IMG/VR virus record: IMGVR_UViG_3300045988_086497
Coordinates: 1-45,310 of that record
Length of the DNA: 45,310 nucleotides
From: a virus
Strand: one strand, 5' to 3'
A model generated the notes under the pieces. It was given only the letters and a program-made list of their open reading frames with translations, searched no databases and had not been told where the DNA came from. Below, piece after piece: positions 19,801-26,353 of the stretch (its first letter is position 1; every line of letters starts with the position of its first letter). Both the position numbers and the translations under genes were made by a program.

Positions 19801-22699
19801 TGTCAACAATACTGAAGCAATCAATATCGAAATCAAAGAAGTGATGGTTGCTAAGTCAAACGTGCCTGTTGATTATCAAACGCCTGATGCTGACATCGAG
19901 CAAAAAGTAGCTGAGTACAAGCAGAACGCAGACCAAAACTACGCAAGCTTGCAAAGTACTGTACAAGCCTTAGATGGCACAGTGACAGCTAACAAAACCA
20001 CCGCCGACCAAACGGCAGCAGGCTTTAAGACACGCATTGAAAGTCTGGAGACGTATAAGGACGGTGAAACCACACGAGCCAGTCAATACTTTGAAAGTGC
20101 TAAGACTGAAACAGCACGGCAATTGACTGCTGAACGTACAGCAATTGCTAAGGATTACGTTGCTAAGTCAACATATACTAGTGATGTAACTGGTATTCGT
20201 AATGACTTAACAGCAACGACTACGACAGCAAACACGACTAAAACCAACCTTGCTAACTATCAAGCTAGCAATGATAAGGCAGTAGCTAACTTGCAAAGTA
20301 GTTTAACGACTACGAATGGCAACATTAGTAGTTTGCAGACGAAAGTTGAAGCAGTACCTGGTCAGATTACAAGTGCGGTGTCAGCAGTCGAGGGTAAGAT
20401 ACCGACGGAAATCGGCTCGTCAAATCTCTTACGAAAAACAGCTGTTAATACAGACAATCTGAGATACTTCACAGCATGGAATGTGTCAGTTAGTGTTGAT
20501 GGACAAGCGTTTAAAATCGTGACAACTGAAGCTAAGTCTGGCGGTTCTGGGTTCATCGGAAATAATAAAATCTACAATTTAACCAAAGACAGATTTTATA
20601 CTTTCAGCTTCTGGGTTTTAGCTAACAAAGATAAAACGTACAATTATAATGATTTAGGTCACTTTCAAGCTGTTGGAGAGGACAACACTACGAACAACTT
20701 AACGACACCGGTCTACAATCTAACTACTATAAAAGCTGGCGTTTGGACGCGTGTCTACTGCACATTTAAAGCCACAGCCACCGCTTATTTTAGACCTTAT
20801 TTTTTAGGTCTAAAAAGCGGCGACGAGATTCACATTCGCGACCTCATGTTAAACGAAGGAAAAATTCCTTTGACTTACACACCAGCTTTTGAAGATGACA
20901 TCTCTAAGCTCAACACGACACTAACGCAAACTGCGAACGGACTAACACAGCTTAGCACGAAAGTAACGTCGCAAGGCAACACAATTACATCACACACTAA
21001 CTCGATTAATTCTTTGACAACTGGCCTTTCTGCCAAAGTTTCACAGACTGACTTCAATACGTTATCTGGTCGTGTGACAACTGCTGAAAACAACATCACA
21101 GCGAAAGCTAACGAGTTAAGCAGTAAGATTAGTAGTGTCGAAGGGAAGATTCCAAACGGTGAAATGAACCTTGTCGAGTATGGCAGACCAGCTGATGGCT
21201 ACAGTACATATAATTATGTAGAATACTTAACACACCCATTTTATTACAATAGCGCTTTTAAAATGTATGTTATTAAAAATACAACTACAAGTGAGAAAAC
21301 GTTGGGCATGAATCGCTTTAAAGTTGAACGTAATACTGATTATACTTTGTATTTTAAAGGTTTTAACAGTAGCGAAATTACTCATATGGATGTCTGGTTT
21401 TTGAAACGTGTTAGTGGAAGTACAAAGGATTTTGACTCAGCGCAAATCTTAGTTAGCGGTCGCAAGTTATCATCTTCAAAAGCAGAAGATGTTTCGGTAA
21501 CTTTCAATACTGGCAACTATGATGAAGGTTATATTCGTTTCGATAACAACGGTTCAAAAACTGCAGGTACTAAAGCTTACTTATATTTCGGTGATGTTTC
21601 AGTTAAGAAAGGCAAATCAAACAATGGCTGGAGTCCGTCATTGGCTGAACTGGCAAGTAGTCAAGATTTAAAGAATGCACAGTCAGAACTCAAGCAGACA
21701 ACAGACTCAATCAAAGCGAGCGTGTCAAGCATACAGAATGCAGCAAGTAATGCACAATCAACAGCGAATACAGCTGTCTCAAAAGCAGATGCAGCACAAG
21801 CTGGTGTTAACACACTGGACAGCACGACAGTTAAAAGTGCGAGCTTAAACCTTGATAATAATGGATTCGTGACTAAAGTCGGTAAGACTATCAACGGCAA
21901 CAAGTTTGCGACAATGATTGCTCAGGACGAATCAGATGTTCAAATTATTGCCAAGAAAATGAAAGTTAGTGGTGACATGATTGTTAATGGTGCAATCACG
22001 GCGGAGAAACTAAACGTAAACAATTTGTCTGCAGTCAATTCAAACCTCGGTAAAATCAAAGGCGGTTCGCTCTTGCTTCAAGAGAACAAAACTGCGAGCA
22101 GCTCAGTTGACAACTGGGGCACATTCAACCGTCCGGCGCATAAGCAAGGTCTATACATGGACAATCATGGATTGGCTTCATCTGGTGCTATTCAGCGCAA
22201 GAACGGCGGCGAAACAAGGCCAACAGATATGCCGCTAGCTGTTTTACAATCTGGTGAACTACGCTTCTTAGTCGTTGATTACAACGATAATCTCGAGAAC
22301 GTCCTACACTATGGCCTGTCCGACCCCGATTTTGGCGCTATACGCTTTGAAATCGATAGCGAATTAAAACGACGTTTGACCATGACGTCATCAGGCTATC
22401 TAAACTTCCAAGCAACTAACTACACGAACTGGCAATCAACAGGCGTTGGCGGATGTGAGTATATGATTCAAGGACGCTTAGTACTGGTTAACTACGACGT
22501 GACATTTAATAGCGCTGGCACGCATACGATTGGCAATATTCCGCAAGAATTTACCAAGAAATCGCTCATGATGACAGCGAAAGCGTGGACGATTACGCCA
22601 CGAGACAAGAATATTCAGCTTAATTCAGACGGTAGCTTGTTTATTCTGGATGCAGAAAAAAACGTCAATTACCGCGGAACTTTAGTATTTAGTTATTAA
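16871..22699 (+). CDS. Tail-associated protein (Tal) fused to a long fibre / receptor-binding region
   Basis: 1942 aa; Tal-position N-terminus; Ser/Thr-rich coiled-coil segments with RTKTVE repeats alternating with three putative globular (possibly beta-rich) modules. Confidence 0.8.
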   Translation: MNNVRIAIRDSTDSHNVAFFDNQAGIKYKSANLQRFLAGSASILTLKYNSKDIDTIRTGCKLAFRYKNRDYWLNIMRFEKQGFEVEITAYSLNLELNNEERGVHKPDKAMSFAEYLAYYDPEGSLTLGVNQVSDKKIKLEWTGTDTILARLFSIANSFDAELEFVTELNDDYSLKRHVLNVYKKGNLGSNKTSTPVRVGKELKVINYSDNTEELRTAVRATGKDGLTIDGLNKKIYDDNKELLYYSSGMTVYAPQSRDRFPSVGKGSNDNWIVKDLGETQYETKEALWGYMYGEIQKISVPEITYEVEGAIDAGIGDTQILVDDKHFEPALYVQARVSELEDNILTGKVTKSTFINFERKYSQIADSLLKQVEALAEDAAPYIVRLSTDNGYNFKNGQGTSTITAKLEKYNKIVNAKWKWLINNSIVSETSSVKINASQVTGTLNVVAVAIVGGNEVAREYITFTNSDDGVGIKSIKRYYTTNDKAEGVTAGGQNWSTKPTTVTTDKKYMWSYDVITYTNDTSLVTNPAVIGARGDDGLDADTTGITEALDKAKQELTVLSANIEKVRNDSLAAVEEANQQLTAVANDLSKAKTDLQNAVSAVDTKATNLQSDVSNLNTSLSNTAKALQTQGTTLANQAKELQTQASQLTEQAKAQETLTTRVENVETTANGTKTTVSELSKTVTQNGKDITSVSNRTKTVETGLTSAKTSISELQTSVSTAQTDLTNLTKRTKTVEDDLSGTKTSLSELTQTVSSDGKTIASLTSRTKTVEDGVSGLKTTMSSVQKDLTAVTTRTKTVEDDLAGTKTMLSQVQTTANSTSQKTATLETGLNGLNAKFDSLNVGNKNYLPTSRVINCGCTNFKYNESSKSWTMTVPAGATRFGKGITFNTSGLNILLNGGETLFFGLMIKANKACSFNYDINNYLSGTTSNDNDDRSKQSWSPTSKSIPPNVWTRVWFSYTAEANVPITEANSSFGIVNNTEAINIEIKEVMVAKSNVPVDYQTPDADIEQKVAEYKQNADQNYASLQSTVQALDGTVTANKTTADQTAAGFKTRIESLETYKDGETTRASQYFESAKTETARQLTAERTAIAKDYVAKSTYTSDVTGIRNDLTATTTTANTTKTNLANYQASNDKAVANLQSSLTTTNGNISSLQTKVEAVPGQITSAVSAVEGKIPTEIGSSNLLRKTAVNTDNLRYFTAWNVSVSVDGQAFKIVTTEAKSGGSGFIGNNKIYNLTKDRFYTFSFWVLANKDKTYNYNDLGHFQAVGEDNTTNNLTTPVYNLTTIKAGVWTRVYCTFKATATAYFRPYFLGLKSGDEIHIRDLMLNEGKIPLTYTPAFEDDISKLNTTLTQTANGLTQLSTKVTSQGNTITSHTNSINSLTTGLSAKVSQTDFNTLSGRVTTAENNITAKANELSSKISSVEGKIPNGEMNLVEYGRPADGYSTYNYVEYLTHPFYYNSAFKMYVIKNTTTSEKTLGMNRFKVERNTDYTLYFKGFNSSEITHMDVWFLKRVSGSTKDFDSAQILVSGRKLSSSKAEDVSVTFNTGNYDEGYIRFDNNGSKTAGTKAYLYFGDVSVKKGKSNNGWSPSLAELASSQDLKNAQSELKQTTDSIKASVSSIQNAASNAQSTANTAVSKADAAQAGVNTLDSTTVKSASLNLDNNGFVTKVGKTINGNKFATMIAQDESDVQIIAKKMKVSGDMIVNGAITAEKLNVNNLSAVNSNLGKIKGGSLLLQENKTASSSVDNWGTFNRPAHKQGLYMDNHGLASSGAIQRKNGGETRPTDMPLAVLQSGELRFLVVDYNDNLENVLHYGLSDPDFGAIRFEIDSELKRRLTMTSSGYLNFQATNYTNWQSTGVGGCEYMIQGRLVLVNYDVTFNSAGTHTIGNIPQEFTKKSLMMTAKAWTITPRDKNIQLNSDGSLFILDAEKNVNYRGTLVFSY

Positions 22700-22726
22700 T
22701 TATTTTTATAAAAAAGGAGATATATT

Positions 22727-23071
22727 ATGGCAACAACAGAACTTATTAATGTAGATAAAATCACTCAACCTTTTGGTTTGGCACAAGCTCTTACTTACAT
22801 GATTGAGAACGGCGAATATATTCGTCATCGTAGCAACGGCTATGATTTCTACATGTATATTTCAAAAGAACAGAAACCAGTTGTGGTTAATGGCAAACGT
22901 CAGCTTAAAGAGTTTGAAAAAATCTATGGTATTTCACAATATGGCGGTTCAATCACTAACATTCCGCTCGCTGATTTGCTTGACGCCAAATGCTATATTA
23001 TGCAATTTGACGAAGATGGTAATCCAATCTGGGACTTGCCAGAAGAAACCACTGCTGAGCAATCAGCTTAG
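22727..23071 (+). CDS. Hypothetical protein, possible DUF2829-like fold
   Basis: GGAG RBS; FGLAQAL..IENGEYIRHRS near the N-terminus and IPLADLLDAKCYIM near the C-terminus loosely resemble DUF2829 motifs. Confidence 0.6.
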   Translation: MATTELINVDKITQPFGLAQALTYMIENGEYIRHRSNGYDFYMYISKEQKPVVVNGKRQLKEFEKIYGISQYGGSITNIPLADLLDAKCYIMQFDEDGNPIWDLPEETTAEQSA

Positions 23072-23087
23072 AGAGTGAGAGGAGATT

Positions 23088-23312
23088 ATGCATGTTGAAA
23101 TTTTAACAGGAGTGTTCTCGTTGATTGCTAGTTTGGTTGGTACTTTTGGCGGTATCATCACGAGCACTAAGCTGACTAACTATCAAATCAATGAGCTAAA
23201 AAAACAAGTTGATAAACATAACAGCGTCATTGAGCGCACGTTTAGACTAGAGGAACACAGTCGCTACGTTGATAAACGTATCACACGACTTGAAAGCGAG
23301 GTTGAGAAATGA
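23088..23312 (+). CDS. Membrane-anchored coiled-coil protein of the lysis cassette (XhlA-like / holin accessory)
   Basis: One N-terminal TM helix then charged coiled coil; directly upstream of holin. Confidence 0.55.
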   Translation: MHVEILTGVFSLIASLVGTFGGIITSTKLTNYQINELKKQVDKHNSVIERTFRLEEHSRYVDKRITRLESEVEK

Positions 23313-23506
23313 AACGTTATTTTGAAAAATTAGGAATTAAAGTTTTAAAAACCATGGCACAATCAGCAGTTGGTGTCATTGGAGCTAGCACGTTGATTGC
23401 ACAAGTCGATTGGAGAGTGGTTGTTTCAACTGCTCTGTTATCTGGCTTGGTTTGTATTTTGACAAATCTATCTGATTTGAAGGAGGAAGATGTCGATGAA
23501 AATTAA
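23309..23506 (+). CDS. Holin (two TM helices, acidic C-terminus)
   Basis: 65 aa, two hydrophobic segments, charged tail EEDVDEN, overlaps endolysin start. Confidence 0.65.
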   Translation: MKRYFEKLGIKVLKTMAQSAVGVIGASTLIAQVDWRVVVSTALLSGLVCILTNLSDLKEEDVDEN

Positions 23507-24770
23507 ACGAACTCTTGCAAGCTTTGCTTTAGCAGTTGGCTTACTATTACAATCAACAGCTTATGCTGCGGTTGGCGACCAAGGCGTAGACTGGTCTCGC
23601 TATCAAGGTACGAATGGGATTTTTGGATATGCGCATGATAAGTTTGCCATTATCCAAATTGGTGGTGTTAACGGTGGTGGCATGTACGGGCAAACCACGT
23701 ATGAAACACAAGTGGCGTCAGCAATCGCACAAGGTAAACGTGCACATACTTACATCTGGTATCAAGTCGGCGGAAACGCAAGTCTTGGTGAACAAGTGTT
23801 AAACACATTCTTGCCGCAGGTTCAAACACCTAAAGGCTCAATTGTAGCCTTGGATTATGAAAGCGGTGCTAGTGCTGATAAACAAGCAAACACTAACGCT
23901 ATTCTGCATGGCATGCGAATGATTAAGACAGCAGGCTATACACCTATGTATTACAGCTATAAACCATATACAGTAGCTAACGTGTATGTCGACCAAATTA
24001 TTCGTGAGTTTCCGAATTCACTTTGGATGGCTGCTTATCCTAATTATGCGGTAACACCAACGCCAAATTACAATGTGTTCCCATCAATGGACGGTGTAGC
24101 AATTTACCAATTTACGTCAACATATATTGCTGGTGGTCTTGACGGGAATATTGATTTAACTGGTATTACGGACAATGGCTACACGAAACACAATAATCCT
24201 AAATCTGAAACACCAGCGATTAGTCAAGGTCAACAAGCGGACAACACGCCTAAATCTGACATTGCTGTAGGAAATCAAGTTAAAGTTAAATTTAGCGCTA
24301 ACGCATGGGCAACTGGTGAAGCTATTCCAAATTGGGTTAAAGGTCGTACATATGACGTAGCACAAGTGTCTGGCAGTCGTGTATTGTTAGCAGGTATTAA
24401 TTCGTGGATTAATAAAGCAGACGTGGAAATTATCTCAGTTTCATCTGCGCCAATTCAAGCGCCAGCAACTAATACGTACACAGTACGTTCTGGTGACACA
24501 CTTTCCAGCATTGCTGCCAAATTTGGTACAAGCTATCAAGCACTAGCAAGCTTGAATGGGATTGCTAATCCAAACCTTATCTACGTTGGACAAGTATTGC
24601 AAGTGACTGGTTCAGCAAGCACTGGTTCAGTTTACTACACAGTGCGCGCAGGTGATAATCTTTCAAGCATTGCAAGTCGTTACGGTACTAGCTACACATC
24701 AATCGCTAGTCTTAATGGTCTTACCAATCCAAACTTGATTTATGCAGGTCAAACACTTAAAATTAAATAG
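23490..24770 (+). CDS. Endolysin: signal peptide + GH25 muramidase + central domain + two LysM repeats
   Basis: N-terminal [23 protein letters not shown]|A; GH25-type [11 protein letters not shown]; two C-terminal YTVR.GD.LSSIA..(F/Y)GTSY...LNG..NPNLIY.GQ.L repeats. Confidence 0.9.
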   Translation: MSMKIKRTLASFALAVGLLLQSTAYAAVGDQGVDWSRYQGTNGIFGYAHDKFAIIQIGGVNGGGMYGQTTYETQVASAIAQGKRAHTYIWYQVGGNASLGEQVLNTFLPQVQTPKGSIVALDYESGASADKQANTNAILHGMRMIKTAGYTPMYYSYKPYTVANVYVDQIIREFPNSLWMAAYPNYAVTPTPNYNVFPSMDGVAIYQFTSTYIAGGLDGNIDLTGITDNGYTKHNNPKSETPAISQGQQADNTPKSDIAVGNQVKVKFSANAWATGEAIPNWVKGRTYDVAQVSGSRVLLAGINSWINKADVEIISVSSAPIQAPATNTYTVRSGDTLSSIAAKFGTSYQALASLNGIANPNLIYVGQVLQVTGSASTGSVYYTVRAGDNLSSIASRYGTSYTSIASLNGLTNPNLIYAGQTLKIK

Positions 24771-24781
24771 ACACTTTAACA

Positions 24782-24810
24782 CCCCTAGCTTTTTAGCTAG
24801 GGGCTTTTTT
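24782..24810 (+). terminator. Intrinsic terminator after endolysin
   Basis: CCCCTAGCT-TTTT-AGCTAGGGG followed by TTTTTT. Confidence 0.85.
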
Positions 24811-24821
24811 GTTTGTATATT

Positions 24822-24891
24822 TTTACGGTATAACTATACGTAAATATCGTAAAAACAATAATTTTTTTACGATTTATTACGAAAGTTTACG
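24822..24891. promoter_or_regulatory. Cluster of TTACG/CGTAA motifs forming two inverted repeats (putative operator array)
   Basis: Six TTACG/CGTAA copies in 70 bp; ATCGTAAAAA (24846-55) / TTTTTACGAT (24864-73) is a perfect 10-bp IR. Confidence 0.45.
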
Positions 24892-24920
24892 TACTAAAAG
24901 ATAAAAATGAATAAAAAACG

Positions 24921-24949
24921 TTGCAAGTTATAAAATAATAATGTAAGAT
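24921..24949 (+). promoter_or_regulatory. Sigma-A-type promoter (TTGCAA-17-TAAGAT, TG-extended)
   Basis: Spacing and hexamers read directly; shares the ATGTAAGATA motif with the triplicated cassette promoters. Confidence 0.5.
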
Positions 24950-24954
24950 AGAGA

Positions 24955-25172
24955 TGGTTAAAAGACGATTAAAGTTCATTTCTAACCCAACGTTCTTGTC
25001 TATGCGTTGAATTCGTAGTGATACGAACATATAATTGAAGCACGTTATGTGGCTTGGCAGAGCTTAAAAACTGTTCCTCGGCGATAAGCCTAAAAAGCAC
25101 AATGAGGAGTTAGAGAAGTCGCTTGTCTCTAATCGTTAACCCCGCTGGAGGTTATCCAGCCTTGCTTTTTTT
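24955..25172 (+). ncRNA. Candidate structured RNA / cis-regulatory leader upstream of the PanA gene
   Basis: No ORF; GGTTAA..CGATTA (24955-70) pairs with TAATCGTTAACC (25129-40); TTCGTA-GTGA-TACGAA GNRA hairpin (25011-26); GCTGGA/TCCAGC hairpin plus T7 at 25143-71. Confidence 0.45.
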
Positions 25173-25228
25173 ATAATGCACAATATGACTGAAGACCTTT
25201 CTAAATTATTTAGTTATGGAGTAATACG

Positions 25229-25702
25229 ATGATTGATGTATTAAAAATTGTCAATTGGTTCAAAGTTCGAAATTATTCAGACATGAAAACTAATGATAAT
25301 GTTGAAGCTTTGACTCAATTAAAAGTAATGAAATTGTTGTACTATGCTCAAGGTGTATCGTTAGCCTTATATGATAAATTATTGTTTCCGGAAAAAATTC
25401 TAGCTTGGAAATATGGTCCAGCTATTCAAGAAGTGTATGATGTATACAGAGGATCAAGAGCGATAGTCGATATCACAAGTGATGGGATGAGTGATGAGGA
25501 AATTGGAGATTACCAAGAAGTAAACTCTAATCAAGAAGTAGCACTTATTTTAAATGCAGTTGTTGACGCATACGGCGACATGTCTGCAATAGAATTAATG
25601 AAGCAAACACATGAAGAAGCTCCATGGTTAGAAACAACTCAAAGTCAGGAAATCGATGTTAATCTAATCAAAGATTTTTTTGTTAAAGAAATAGTTGAAT
25701 GA
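25229..25702 (+). CDS. Panacea-domain protein (PanA / DUF4065, SocA-like antitoxin family)
   Basis: LTQLKVMKLLYYAQGVSLALYDKLLFPEKILAWKYGPAIQEVYDVY matches the DUF4065 core signature. Confidence 0.85.
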   Translation: MIDVLKIVNWFKVRNYSDMKTNDNVEALTQLKVMKLLYYAQGVSLALYDKLLFPEKILAWKYGPAIQEVYDVYRGSRAIVDITSDGMSDEEIGDYQEVNSNQEVALILNAVVDAYGDMSAIELMKQTHEEAPWLETTQSQEIDVNLIKDFFVKEIVE

Positions 25703-26121
25703 CAAAAATTAAAAGTAAAAAAGTAAAATCAAGACCAAAAATAAAGTCTAATAAACTTGAAGATTTTAAACCAGAATATGTTCAATTTAATTTTTCATTT
25801 ATTACTAAACACGAGAAATATAATTTAGAAAATAATAATTTAATCCATACGCTTTTACTAGAAAAAATTTATTATTTATCTTCTATGGACTGGGTTCAAG
25901 TGTTGGCTCTTAGGAAGGAGCAAGGAATTGAGACACTTAGCTCCCATGCATTAAAAAGATTCACTATACCCCTTGAATTCAAGGAGAGACGAGATGACTA
26001 TTGCACTGATAAATTTTTCGTGTTTCGCTTAAAAAATCAAGGCAGAGTAATTGGAAAGATGATAGATAAGACATTTTATATACTGGCTATTGATACAACA
26101 TTTGATTTGTATAAACATTAA
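25699..26121 (+). CDS. Putative cognate toxin of PanA (unassigned family; C-terminus loosely RelE/ParE-like)
   Basis: ATGA-coupled to the PanA gene; basic N-terminus; C-terminal FFVFRLKNQGRVIGKMIDKTFYILAIDTTFDLYKH. Confidence 0.5.
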   Translation: MTKIKSKKVKSRPKIKSNKLEDFKPEYVQFNFSFITKHEKYNLENNNLIHTLLLEKIYYLSSMDWVQVLALRKEQGIETLSSHALKRFTIPLEFKERRDDYCTDKFFVFRLKNQGRVIGKMIDKTFYILAIDTTFDLYKH

Positions 26122-26123
26122 CA

Positions 26124-26149
26124 CCCTAGCGCAAGCTAGGGCTTTTTTT
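26124..26149 (+). terminator. Intrinsic terminator after the PanA-partner pair
   Basis: CCCTAGC-GCAA-GCTAGGG followed by TTTTTTT. Confidence 0.85.
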
Positions 26150-26173
26150 AATTTTGTTGACGTCAACAAAATT
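26150..26173. promoter_or_regulatory. 24-bp perfect palindrome AATTTTGTTGAC|GTCAACAAAATT (putative operator)
   Basis: Perfect dyad abutting the terminator and overlapping the -35 of the next promoter. Confidence 0.6.
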
Positions 26174-26200
26174 GGCAGTCATACATGTTTATTGTATAAT
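26172..26200 (+). promoter_or_regulatory. Promoter TTGGCA-17-TATAAT
   Basis: Hexamers and 17-nt spacer read directly. Confidence 0.5.
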
Positions 26201-26203
26201 AGT

Positions 26204-26318
26204 TGCTGTAAGAGTGTAAAGGTCTTACTAGATAGGCAATGAGTGGGCTGGCGAGTACACGTTAAACTAAATACAGCAGGACTTCTTTGCAGGACTAGCT
26301 CACGCTAGTCATTTTTTT
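26204..26318 (+). ncRNA. Candidate small RNA (about 110 nt)
   Basis: No ORF; TGCTGT (26204-09) / ACAGCA (26273-78) closing pairs, GTAAGA/TCTTAC hairpin, terminator GACTAGC-TCAC-GCTAGTC + T7 (26293-26318). Confidence 0.45.
26293..26318 (+). terminator. Intrinsic terminator of the candidate small RNA unit
   Basis: GACTAGC-TCAC-GCTAGTC, one A, then TTTTTTT. Confidence 0.8.
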
Positions 26319-26319
26319 A

Positions 26320-26348
26320 TTGTTTCAAAAGTTAACATATGTTATAAT
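26320..26348 (+). promoter_or_regulatory. Promoter TTGTTT-17-TATAAT with TGn extension
   Basis: TGTTATAAT at 26340-48; -35-like hexamer 17 nt upstream. Confidence 0.55.
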
Positions 26349-26353
26349 ATTAT

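Noticed and set aside
17985-21903. Off-frame and antisense ORFs within the 1942-aa tail gene
   Set aside because: Same reasoning: they are embedded in a confident 5.8-kb ORF, low in complexity, and lack translation signals.
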